Below are positions 53,113-64,000 of a stretch of DNA of 64,000 nucleotides, piece by piece (position 1 is the first letter of the stretch; every line of letters begins with the position of its first letter). The notes under the pieces are model-generated. The model saw only the letters and a program-made list of their open reading frames with translations, was not told the origin of the DNA and did not search any database. This DNA is from Haliotis cracherodii (Eukaryota), in contig NW_027266268.1 of NCBI RefSeq assembly GCF_022045235.1, forward strand, positions 19,530,001-19,594,000, given 5' to 3'. Both the position numbers and the translations under genes were made by a program.

Positions 53113-53362
53113 AAGAATAGGTCTTCAGCAACCCATGCTTGCCGTTAAAGGCGACTATGCTTGTCGTAAGAGGCGTCTAACGGGATCGGGTGGTCAGACT
53201 CGCTGACTTGGTTGATGCAGGTCATCATTTCCAATTTTGTGGATCGCTGCTCTTGTTATTAATCACTGGATTGTCTGGTCCAGACTCGATTATTTACAGA
53301 CCGCCGTCATATAGCTGGAATATTGCTGAGTGAGGCGTTAAACAAAATAACAAACCAAACCA
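53113..53362 (+). mobile_element. SINE family C
   Basis: Match to family C. Confidence 0.88.
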
Positions 53363-53732
53363 AAGTAAGTCGATGTAACCCAACTGTGTGCATTGTTGCT
53401 CACAATGTATCAATCATGGAACGTCTAGTCCAGATTCATTTATTTACTGGACTGTGCGGCGTTAAACAACCAACCAACCAACTATAATGTAATCGGCCCC
53501 CGAAGTAAACACTGCTTTCATAAAGCGGACATTATAGACAAGACACGAATTTCATAAGACACAAACGGTTCATAACAATTATTTAATAGACATCTGGTGA
53601 ACAAACATTGTCACCCCCTATAGGTATGAACTTCACAAGACTGGGTTGTGAATCAGTTGCATGGTCGTACCTCAAGACACAAACCCATTCAAAAGAATAT
53701 CAAGTAAAATCATCAAGCTACGTGGTCCCCGT

Positions 53733-53973
53733 TCAGTAGATAGCCTTGATGATCTTGTACACCATGAAGAAGGTGGCCCCATAGCCCGTGAGGTACGTGA
53801 CAGCTCGGGTGGGTTGGGGAAGAGGAATGAGATACGCCACGGTGTGGAGAAGGCGAGACGCCGCGAATATCTGGAACACTCGGCTCGCCTCGGTAGCTCC
53901 CGGTTTGGTAGACACGTACATCAGACCGACCAGCACGAACGGCAGGACATTCTCGAGATCATTCAGGTGGCAT
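53733..53973 (-). CDS. MGST1: MGST1 copy D, coding exon 3 (intact, distal copy)
   Basis: tctcag|A TGC CAC...TGA; CHLNDLENVLPFVLVGLMYVSTKPGATEASRVFQIFAASRLLHTVAYLIPLPQPTRAVTYLTGYGATFFMVYKIIKAIY*. Confidence 0.91.
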
Positions 53974-53982
53974 CTGAGAACA

Positions 53983-54742
53983 GAGTGAGTGAGTGAGTGA
54001 GTTTGGTGACGCCGCTTTGGGCGGTATTTCACCCCCTGTCCGTTTTATGTGAGAGGAAAAACCGAAGTCTCTAAGACGTTGACCACTTTGATCAAACTGA
54101 TGATCTAGCGGGTATGGTGCTGACAAATCTAGAAACATAATCAGGGTGATTCTGAATCTACAATCATGGGTTTATTGTGCGCCTAAGGGACGCAACTCTG
54201 CACAGGGAATTGTGCAATAGCCCTCGCAGCGATAGCCCGTTCACGGAGCTCTTTCCTATCGCTGCCACCAGTCGTAACTCCCCACTGTGATAGGTGGCCA
54301 CAACCATGTTTGGCCACTCGCAACCGAATGACCGTTATGTTTACAAACAAGTGACGACTATCGTGACGCCGAATACACTTATCGGTGCTAAATTACTTTC
54401 ATTGTTTGTCAATTTGAATTTCTGTTTCATTAAAACTATCGTGTTATTGATATAGTAAGAATGTAAGGGAGAAGTTGGTTGATTTTCCGTTAGTCTGCAA
54501 TCTCGAACCAATCTGATTATTTAAAACAACAAAGTAAATTCATCGGGAAAACATGGTCATTCGTAAACCTTTTCAAAATGAAATATGATGTCGTTCCCAA
54601 AGACATAATTATATAAACAAAAGTATAAACGTTACTACATTTGGGGTTAGAGGGCAAATTTCAAGATTCTTGTAATGGCCGCGCCCACACTGGTGTCACG
54701 CACTGGGAGGGAGCTTGGGAATTGTGGCGCCTAAGACGACTG
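53983..54742 (-). mobile_element. Old SINE family A split by a about 500-bp insertion (54215-54716)
   Basis: SINE resumes after duplicated gggaattgtg (54205-54214 and 54717-54726); tail abuts the MGST1-D exon 3 acceptor. Confidence 0.8.
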
Positions 54743-54942
54743 CTGTGTCCAAATTGTGTTGCGTCAATGACTTTCATTCATTTCATACATGTGTAATTCT
54801 AGCAGGTTGCAGACCGCGTGCACAATAAGAGTATCCAAATCTACTTAGAACCAGACGTCATGGTTTTCATCTCCCGGTCAGGTTATACCTCCTAAATATC
54901 GTCCTTACTTAAGAATTAAAAAAGTAGGGGTTGTTTATCGTA

Positions 54943-55370
54943 CATTCTACCATGAATTTGGAATTTACTCGATTCTGATTGGTCAATCAGAGGCTATTAA
55001 ATCACAATAAACCCCCTCTGATTGAAACAGCTGGTTTGACGGCCGCATCACCGCGGAAGCTAATATTCACAGAAAAGTACTATTTTCAGTCTTTGTCGGT
55101 AGGCATATTTAAATAAATATATCTATAAATACAGGTTACAAAATGCACAGATGCGGTTACTACAGTATTCAAAGGATGTGTGGCAATACATTTCGTGCAG
55201 AAAAACATGACAGAAATCAACAAAGGGAATGTATGTACGTTTTGGAGACAACAGAGAGCTTGGAATTTTGGCGCTTTTCTATATACGACTGTGCGTTCGG
55301 TTCCAAATTCAATTTAGCGGGGTTAAATCTACAGGTAACCTAGCTCTACATTGAAAACACAGTATGTTTA
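54943..55370. mobile_element. Dispersed repeat M4
   Basis: Shared with 37890-38128. Confidence 0.72.
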
Positions 55371-55969
55371 TCTCCTAAATATAAGATAGCTACGCGATAA
55401 TTGGAAAAGAACAATGAAGAACGAAGCGTGGTTTATTTCACGATAAAACATTGATCTGTCATGACGTTATTTCTGAAGATTCGAACGTTCGCTCGCAACT
55501 TCATGACGTCATATATTGGACGATGTTATTTTTGAGAGAGGAGTGTCTAGTGAGTGGTTCCCCATAGATGTAGCTGGATAACGCAGATAAACGCGATGGC
55601 CGAACGATCGCATCCAAAAGTGGGAGTGATACAGCAACCGGTATTTGGGAGACAAGATGCAGGTAATCGATGTGGGGATTGTGAGAATATGCGGGAAATA
55701 TCCACCTGTGCATAAAATGGACTTATCCGACATTGCCGAGGGCGGATTCTTTTAAGGGGGGTCATCATTATTAAAAAACGTGTAAATAATTTTGAAGCTT
55801 GCACATTTTATCATCACCCTTAAAGAGGCCGTACATTATGTTGATATCTCATATAAGAAATATACAATTCGCACTCGTCGTTTATTTCTTAATAAAACAC
55901 TACAGGGAGAATAAACCATGAGGGACTATCTCATGTACGTTGTCTGGAGTACGAGTTTAAGTTGTCTCA

Positions 55970-56330
55970 ATCCGATTACCAAACATCGGTTTTTAACACA
56001 GATGATTAACAAACATTGCTTTCTTAACACAGATGATTACCAAATATTGCTTTCTTAACACAGGTGATTACCAAACATTGCTTTTTAACACAGATGATTA
56101 ACAAACATTGCTTTCTTAACACAGATGATTACCAAACATTGCTTTCTTAACACAGATGATTACCAAACACTGCTTTTTAACACAAATGATTACCAAACAT
56201 TGCCTTTTAACATAGATGATTACCAAATATTGCTTTCTGAACACAGATGAATATCAAACATTGTTTTCTTAACACAGATGATTACCAAACACTGCTTTTT
56301 AACACAGATGATTACCAAACATTGCTATAT
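55970..56330. repeat. 31-bp minisatellite (about 11 copies)
   Basis: gatgattaccaaacattgctttcttaacaca. Confidence 0.92.
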
Positions 56331-56620
56331 TAACAAATTACAATGTAGTAAAATCTGGCAAAGTAAACACTGCTTTCATAAGACGGACATGCTTCACAAT
56401 TGACGCATTTCATAAGACACAAACTGTTCATAATAATTATTTAATAGTCTTCATTTGCGACAATGATGACATAGATGGACATCTGGTGAACGAATATTAT
56501 AACTCCCTGTAGGTATGTAGGTCACAAGACTGCGTTGTGAATCAGTTGCATGGTCGTCTCTCAGGACACGAACCATTCGAAAGATTATCTAGTCAAACAA
56601 TCAAGCTACGTGGTTCCCGT

Positions 56621-57110
56621 TCAGTAGATAGCCTTGATGATCTTGTAAACCATGAAGAAGGTGGCCCCATAGCCCGCGAGGTACGTGGCAGCTCGGGTGG
56701 GTTGGGGAAGAGGAATGAGATACGCAAGGGTGTGGAGAAGGCGAGAAGCCGCGAATATCTGGGTTTGGTAAACACGTACATCAGACCGACCAGCACGAGC
56801 GGCAGGAGTGAGTGAGTGAGTTGGATTTAACACCGCTTTTAACAGTATCCCAGTTATATCGCGGCGTGTCAGCTTAATGTGGGAGGAAAGCCCGAAGTGA
56901 TGCAGGTCTCAGACGTTTACCACTTCGGTGAAATCCACGAGCACGGGTGTGGTGCTGACAAACCTAGAAACATAATCGGGGCACAATCATAAGTTTCTGG
57001 CGTGCCCAAGGGACGCAACTCTGCACAGCGAATCGCGGCGCCTTAGACGACGGGGCCATCTGTGCCCAGTCTCGAACGGCAGGACATTCTCGAGATCATT
57101 CAGGTGGCAT
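56621..57110 (-). pseudogene. MGST1: Dead duplicate of MGST1-D exon 3
   Basis: Near-identical to 53733-53973 but acceptor AG->GG, SINE inserted at 56808-57072, and a 28-nt frameshifting deletion near 56760. Confidence 0.92.
56808..57072 (-). mobile_element. SINE family A inserted into the dead exon 3
   Basis: 12-bp TSD cga(g/a)cggcagga at 56796-56807 and 57073-57084. Confidence 0.92.
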
Positions 57111-57307
57111 CCGAGAACATAGTGAGTGAGTGAGTTTAGTTGACGCCGTTTTGAACGGTATTATACCCCCTGTCAGTGTATGTGAGAGGAAGTCTCTAAG
57201 ACGTTTAACACTTTGGTGAAACACATGAGAACGGGTATGGTGCTGACAAATCTAGAAACACGTCAGATGTACATCAGAAAAAATAATACGGCATCCAGAA
57301 GGTTCAA

Positions 57308-57830
57308 GGGGCACCGGTGTCCCTTTCGCCTAAAGCGCCTCAATTGTGTAATTTTACATCCCTTTTGGCACGCCAGAAACCCGTGGTCGTGGGTTCGAAT
57401 CCCGGTTCGCCCTGATTTTGTTCCCGATGTTGTCAGACCCGTGAAGATCCGGGGTAGAATAGGTCTTCAGCACCCCATGCTTGTCGTAAAAGGCGACTAT
57501 GCTTGTCGTAAAAGACGACTAACGGGATCGGGTGGTCAGGTTCGCTGTCTTGGTTGGTGCATGTCATCGATCGATGTTCATGATCTCAATCACTGGATTG
57601 TCTGGTCCAGACTCGATTATTTACAGACAGCAGTAACATAGCTGGAATATTACTGAATGCGGCGAAAAACAACAAACCAACCAACCTCGATGGCTTCACC
57701 AAAGTGGTAAACGTCTAAGACCTGCAGCATTTCAGTCTTTCCTCCCATTAATTAAGATGACACGCTCTGACATAACTTGAATAGTGTTAAAACAGTGTTA
57801 AACCCAACTCACTCACTCACTCACTCACTC
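57308..57830 (+). mobile_element. SINE family A with nested SINE family C (about 57436-57685)
   Basis: A head, full C element, then A tail. Confidence 0.82.
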
Positions 57831-58189
57831 AGTAGGTTCAATAAAGATTTGATAAAGTCGTAGCGTCAAGGTCGCTGCATGTAGCCTGACTCTATTCGAC
57901 TATTCTCTCCATGGGACTCGAGATTGGCGGAACTCCAACCAGGCTTTCACCTGAGTCATCTCTGAACGCCATCGTGGTAGGCCACGTCACCGAGTCGCTG
58001 CTGTGTCCAAATTGTGTTGCGTCAATGACTTCAGCCTCAGCTATTTCAGTCACATCATGCATGACAATCGCATGTAATTCTAGCAGGTTGCAGACTGTGC
58101 ACAGTGAGATTATCCAAATATACTTATAATCAGACGTCATGCCCTTGTTCTCCCGGTCAGGTAATACCTCGTAATCGCGTCCTTGTATA

Positions 58190-59050
58190 GAGGATATAGA
58201 GAATCTCACCCTCGTGTCTTTTGATATCAAATATATCAACACTCGTTGATAAAAGTGGAAAAATTCCGAAGCTTGCCGAGGATTTTTGACACTTTTATCA
58301 ACGAGTGTTGATATATTTGATATCAAAAGACACGAGGGTGAAATTTTATTTATCATCCAACATCATTCTTCCAACTTTTTCAATTTGTAGACAGTAATTA
58401 ACAGTGTCTTCAGTGTAAAAAGAACTGCTAACAGCTTCAGTAGCAGAGCCATTAGTGATGCCATTTGATTGTGACGTCATGGTAACCAATGACGTCACAA
58501 TGGTCTGCAAAGCACTGGGATTTAATTTCATTGCAGCGATATCTACAGTGTAGATATCGCCTACAGTGTAGATATCGCTTGATCTCATCCAAGCGATATC
58601 TCCTGTGGGAGCCAGTTTTGGATGATAAGTTATATTTGTGTTCATGTCTATGTTTCCTACACGAGTGTCAGAATTCCGGTATTTCCCGAGCGAGAGCACG
58701 GGGAATACCGGAATTTAGGCACGAGTATAATGTTCTATTTATTACCGAGGAAGATGTCTACATACAGAGGCGAATTTTAATGTTTTCTTATAAGGACAGC
58801 AAGTGAGTGAGTGAGTGAGTACGGTTTTACGCCGCTTTTAGCAATATTCCAGCAATATCACGGCGGGGGACACCAGAAGGACAGCAAGTCACAACAGCAG
58901 CGGGACCACAATTTGTCGAATGACGTCAACAATCTTCAGCTGTGACGTAGTTTCTAGTGTGACCTCACGTCACAATAAGATTCGAATGACGGCAACAATG
59001 CAGCCCTGATGACGGAAACAATACACTGTTGTCTCGTGATGTGATTTGAC
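58190..59050. mobile_element. Palindrome-rich dispersed repeat M3 (related segments at 43517-43900, 44790-45070, 61708-62000)
   Basis: 52-bp perfect inverted arms 58206-58257 / 58290-58341; TGACGTCA motifs; interrupted by a SINE-B fragment at 58803-58878. Confidence 0.75.
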
Positions 59051-59513
59051 CCTGTGTGTGTTGGGGGAAATGGCCCTGAAAGTTTTCCATCCGACAAAAT
59101 CCAACTTACCTGATTTCTCAAAATATTTCATGTAGTAACTAAACTAAACCGATCCTGTTTTCATTGATATGATTATATGTTGTTGGGAGTTACTAAATAC
59201 AACCAGTCTCCCCACAAGGTAGGGTTTCATCGTGACCGGCAATAGAGGTAAGTCCATCTCGTGCAGTGCGTATTATATATAGAATGACAGATTTGAAAAG
59301 CAGGGCAAAAACAAGAATGCGTGACAAAAGAGGCCACTATACTCAGGTATACAAACATTTCACAAGTTTGTTTTGTTTGTTGGTTTTAAATTTTTTTAAT
59401 GTTTTGGGCTGGGTCGTGGAAGAGGGGGGGGGGGGGGGGTGGGGGTAATGCCTCAAAACTTATGGATTTTTTTTTCCGAGTTCGAACTTTTGAACTGGTC
59501 CCTAAGTCATTAC

Positions 59514-59605
59514 CGTCTGACCCTCTCCACGCTGACGTCCGTTGTTGTCGTCTCCGTGTGCCTAGATCTGGCGAATAGTGCAACATCTTCTTCGTTAGCA
59601 AACGC
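59514..59605 (-). CDS. MGST1: MGST1 copy D, coding exon 2
   Basis: ttccag|GCG...AGA CG|gtaatg; 92 nt; AFANEEDVALFARSRHTETTTTDVSVERVR(R). Confidence 0.91.
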
Positions 59606-59944
59606 CTGGAAACAAATCCAATCAATGAGTTCACTAAAAACTAAACCATCAGCAATGCACTGCAACCCGAAGTTTTGTATTTACTAGTCCATATTCATAT
59701 ATACATAAATATAGTCTATATTCTGCTGCATGCTGCTTATTTATCTTTCAACATTTAAAGTACGTGTAAAATATTCCTAGTTGTTAGGATGCCCCAGTTG
59801 GTGAATACTTATGAGGTACAGTGATTACCATAAAATCGGTAATATGTCAATGTTGGCAATAATTGAATTTTAGCTAAAAATATAACTTGTGATTTTCACC
59901 AAACTTTGTGTTTTACTTTCTTTATCAACGCTTAATATATATGA

Positions 59945-60158
59945 ACCATATTCCGGCTATATGACTACGGTCTGTAAATAATCGAGCCTGGATCGGACAA
60001 TCCGGTGATTGATATCATGAGAATCAATCCACGAAATTGGGTTTCGATGACATGCATCAACCAAGTCAGCGAACCTCACCACCCGATCCCGTTAGTCGCC
60101 TCTTACGGCAAGCATAGGTTGCTGGGGACCTCTAGTCTTATCCGGAATCCCCACGAGT
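59945..60158 (-). mobile_element. Divergent SINE family C
   Basis: Single hairpin module; variant head tggggat...ggtcccca. Confidence 0.82.
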
Positions 60159-60740
60159 GAATATATGAAAAAAATATTTCTTCCAGCAGAAACAAAGTGA
60201 GAATAAATCCTTATTTATTAAAACACAAATGGGATGCATGGAGCTGGCCAGTTGTTATTATAACTCCTTCAATTTTAAACATGACAATTCACGTGACCAC
60301 AAAGCAGTGTAATATTGAAAAAATAAATCGCACTTATATTATGTATACATAAAACAGTATGTTTAATTCTTATAGTCTTCTTCAACGTGTGCATTATTTC
60401 ATAACGTGGCATGTTGAGTTCTGGCTACGCAATGTTGTGTGTCGGAGAGCTCTTCAGTGTTGTGCTACGCTCCTGTGCTGGATCTGTCGCAAGTCGCTGT
60501 GTATTGCGAGTTGATAAGTTGCGTCCCTTAGCAGGATCCGCAGGCTGAGGGTTCAAAATTTCAAATTCCACGAGACCGGCAAGAATCCTTAAATTGATTG
60601 TCAGCACCATAGGCGGAGCCTAAGGGGGTGTTCGGAACCCCTCCCTTTTGAAAACCAAATGTAGTATATAGACAACACACTCACACTAAGAGAGGATTTT
60701 GTGTTCCAAGTGTATTATGTGTTTATTATATTATGATATG

Positions 60741-60942
60741 GACCTATCTGACAAACGTCAAGACTTGTGTTACTGCGAGCTCTCCGTTCTGCCACGTCGT
60801 GATACAGGCCTCATAGACATGCACAAGTCTCTAAGGCAATCGACCTATCTGACAAACGTCAAGACTTGTGTTACTGCGAGCTCTCCGCTCTGCCACGTCG
60901 TGATACAGGCCTCATAGACATGCACAAGTCTCTAAGGCAATC
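60741..60942. repeat. 101-bp tandem duplication
   Basis: 60741-60841 and 60842-60942 differ at about one position. Confidence 0.93.
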
Positions 60943-61481
60943 ATTATTAGTTTAAATCATAATTATGTAAATAATAGGAACACGTTGTCCCTATAAGGAC
61001 TGTACTGTCCACATATCTAGACTTGCCTATTAGGAGGGTAGAATTACTACACATCCATGGACTTTTCTTTCAATACAGCCTTGGAGCAAGGCTACATGCC
61101 TCACAACAATCACTGTACATGCTCAGTTCAAGGACTAAACCTTTTGCAGGCTATCGCGTTACCTGGCGCAATACTACAGACCTGTCGACACATAGTCCCA
61201 CTTTTGATGACATTAATGTCATCTGTATACAACCCAGACCTGTTTATCCGGACAGTAAGGTTTCCATTCAAATCGTCATGATTTACAATTTCTGGATAAA
61301 TGAACCATGAAAAGGGAATAACCCTGAACCCAGTTTAACGATGCACTATTTATGCTGCAAACCTGTTCCTGCTTGTGTTGAAACAACTTGAACATTATAT
61401 TACCCATGACCTTCAGCGCTAGCGCAACACACAAGAAAATGCAGTATGGCGGCGATATGAGGAACAAGCTGTATGACATAC

Positions 61482-61604
61482 CTGTCTTCGCGTTCTATAT
61501 AAAGCTGTTAATTCACCCATACATAGCGTCTTGGACAGTACTACCGTCGAGTAGAAGGCAAACTTGGAAAACACCGGATTATCTAGAGAGAACGGGCTTG
61601 CCAT
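61482..61604 (-). CDS. MGST1: MGST1 copy D, coding exon 1
   Basis: aagATGG...CAG|gtatgt; 123 nt; MASPFSLDNPVFSKFAFYSTVVLSKTLCMGELTALYRTRRQ; spliced product 151 aa. Confidence 0.92.
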
Positions 61605-61657
61605 CTTGAATTTTATGTTGAGTTGCTCGGTCCAAATTCCAGCAGGTCTGTCGTCCC

Positions 61658-61663
61658 TATATA
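61658..61663 (-). promoter_or_regulatory. TATA-like box for MGST1-D
   Basis: GC-flanked TATATA about 55 bp upstream of the ATG; no transcript evidence. Confidence 0.4.
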
Positions 61664-61707
61664 GGCGAGTTATACCGTAAAACTGTTGAATTGCCACCCG
61701 GTTGTGA

Positions 61708-62330
61708 ATATAGAGAATCTCACCCTCGTGTCTTTTGATATCTTTTGATATCAAATATATCAAAACGAGTTGATAAAAGTGCAAAAACTCCGAGACTCAC
61801 ACTTTTAACAAACGAGTGTGGATATGTTTGATATAAAAAACACGAGGGTGACATTTTTTTTATCATCCAACATCATTCTTCCAACTTTTTCAGTTTTTAG
61901 ACAGTAATACACAGTGTCTTAAGTGTAAAAAGTGCTGCAAACAGCTTCAGTAGTAGAGCCACTAGTGATGTCATTTGTGACGTCATGGTAACCAATGACA
62001 CTCAAGTCAAGTAACACAAATTGCACTTTGCGAAACGACCAGTCTTGATTGACGAGCTAAATGAGAAATATACAGTTTATAACGAAACATTTTCAAGAGA
62101 ATAACAAACAGCATGAAGCGATATCAACTCCATCAACGACCATCTGTCATTATTTAGCCTTGACAGTGTGAAACTAATGTAAAAAGGAAGTCAACAGTTT
62201 GTGTACGGACCAGATACTTACGATAAAGGGAGACAATTTGAGGGGAGGTAACTCTTGTATGACAATAGTTCCGTCAAAGTGTCAAGTTCACTGCAATGAA
62301 AAACTCAGTCTTTCACACTGAAGTATATAA
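61708..62330. mobile_element. Dispersed repeat M3 immediately upstream of MGST1-D
   Basis: Matches 58195-58495; 3' part matches 51830-52170. Confidence 0.78.
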
Positions 62331-62357
62331 TAAACCACGCTTCGTGCTTCATTGTTC

Positions 62358-62675
62358 GACAGCCTCCGTGGTCTAGTGGTACAGCGTCCGCCCGGAGAGA
62401 GAGTTTCGGGGTTCGATCCCCGGTTACATCATAGCAAAGGACGTTAAAATATGGTACTTGTTGTTACCCTGCCTGGACTACGGGACTAAGACAAGGACTT
62501 GCCGGCTTGGAGTCAGTATACTGTGTATGAGTGGGGTATTCATGTTAAACTGTGGCATAGTATGTATCTCAGTGGGCTAGCACTTTAACCCGGCATCAGT
62601 CCGGACTAGTACAAGCAGCCAAACACTCAAGTGCATGCAGGTCACTATATAAGTGCAATAATCTTGGACGCTACG
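62358..62675 (+). mobile_element. SINE family D, diverged
   Basis: Match to 8767-9128. Confidence 0.85.
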
Positions 62676-62740
62676 TAGCTCTCTTATACAGTCAGTGATG
62701 GTTGCAGTTGGTGTTTTGTTGGTCCTTTCACCTGTCTAGA

Positions 62741-63007
62741 GGGGGGCACGGGTGGCCCAGTCGTCTAAGGCGCCGCGATTCGCTGCGTCCCTTAGGCACG
62801 CCAGAAACCTATGATTGTGGGTTCGAATCCCGGTTCGCCCCCATTATGTTTCTAGGTTTGTCAGCACCATACCCGTGCTCGTGGGTTTCACCGAAGTGGT
62901 AAACGTCATAGACCTGCATCACTTCGGGCTTTCCTCCCACATTAAGCTGACACGCCGTGATATGACTGGAATACTGTTAAAAGCGGCGTTAAACCAGACT
63001 CACTCAC
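62741..63007 (+). mobile_element. SINE family A
   Basis: Match to family A; TSD tcacctgtc(t/c)agagg. Confidence 0.9.
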
Positions 63008-64000
63008 CTGTCCAGAGGACCACCAGCCGATTATTAACTGGTCGTTCTCTCAGGAGTGAGTGAGTGCCACTTGGCAGTGTGATAAGGGTCTACAGGGTAT
63101 GCTTTATTTAAGAAACGGGATAAACTTTTTAATATGTTTTGAGTGTTATTACGTATTAATAAATGAGAACTTATCTTTTGTGTTGTTATTTCACCGCTGT
63201 TTTGGGACATACAACACTTAACGTATTGGTGATGCTAGAGCATATGGGAACAAAAGCTGAATTCGAGGCTTTCGTGAGGTTTTTTTTAACATTCGAACAT
63301 TACCAAATCTAACTGTGGATCGATATTCCCAAAATCGTGTTGTTTCTCCAGGTCCAGGTGTGTCCGAATGCAAATCTGGATGCACCAGAATCGCTCGTTA
63401 CACCGACAACATCATGAACATTATCATGATCACCATCAGCATCATTGACGATGACGCAACATTCGCTCCCAGCCATACCAGCTAATCCCCAGGCACCTGT
63501 AACTGACAACAACCCAACCCCCTTCCCTAAATCAGTCTCCATCCTCCGCGCATTGTCATTTTATCTACGATCGTCGTTGATGTATTATGTCAAGGGCCAG
63601 TGACATGTGACTAATCTCGTATACATGATAAGATTTCCTGCTCATTGTCCAACTCACAAGAAAGAAGTACTTGACACACGTAACATTGAGCAACAAGTCG
63701 CATTTAATCGGAGTCACTTGTAATTTTGTTTGAAAACAACAACAGCGTATTTTTCTTTCAGAAGAATACATGATTTCGGTGAAGCGAGACTGATGACGGA
63801 CAGATTTGAATCGTTTTGTGAGATAATGATTTTATAAACATAATTCTATTTCTCATCAAGTTCCGAAGCAAACGTGGTAATCGTTGATAATTATTTTTCT
63901 CTTAGGACATCATGTGGCGAAGGTCGTGATGGTCTCGTGTTTCATGCTGGTCTCCTGTTTCATGCTGAGCTGTCGTACTGTGAGAAAAGCTATAACTTGA

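Noticed and set aside
53700-53735. Selenocysteine read-through of the MGST1-D TGA
   Set aside because: The TGA is at the normal C-terminal position, an in-frame TAG follows after four codons, and I found no SECIS-like element.
59006-59019. Hammerhead-like CTGATGA...GAAAC
   Set aside because: Only 2 nt between the motifs, so no stem II; other copies of this repeat read ggatgac.
59423-59445. Poly-G run as a functional G-quadruplex
   Set aside because: A simple homopolymer with no supporting evidence.
63340-64000. Possible exons of another gene at the window end
   Set aside because: Acceptor-like sites at about 63351 and 63906, but no recognisable protein or consistent frame within the window.

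Overview
Eukaryotic, intron-rich, repeat-dense DNA. It is probably molluscan (gastropod/abalone-like), inferred from the SINE content and not proven. Positions 807-11173 (+) hold the last six coding exons of a Ca2+-binding mitochondrial ATP-Mg/Pi carrier (SCaMC, SLC25A24/25-like); its EF-hand exons lie upstream of the window. Positions 21954-61604 hold a tandem cluster of four apparently intact three-exon microsomal glutathione S-transferase 1 (MGST1, MAPEG family) genes: A (-, 21954-27495), B (-, 32214-38794), C (+, 46326-50915) and D (-, 53733-61604). Around them are three dead copies of exon 1 near B and a dead copy of exon 3 inside D. Non-coding DNA is dominated by four SINE families with related 3' tails, several MITE families, LINE, Tc1 and Penelope remnants, and minisatellites, including a 3.2 kb 18-mer array beside a splice acceptor of A. 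The most interesting signals are four. First, a SINE family whose head is a covarying RNA structure rather than a tRNA, with its hairpin module amplified 25-fold in one copy. Second, (ACTC)n SINE tails that read as branch points in sense and splice donors in antisense, with a strong intronic sense bias and likely exaptation at MGST1-D exon 3. Third, exon-level birth-and-death inside the MGST1 cluster. Fourth, candidate ARE, CLEAR and nuclear-receptor motifs. The long ORFs in the ORF track are repeat artefacts. Repeat boundaries are approximate; exon boundaries were read from GT/AG sites and frame continuity.
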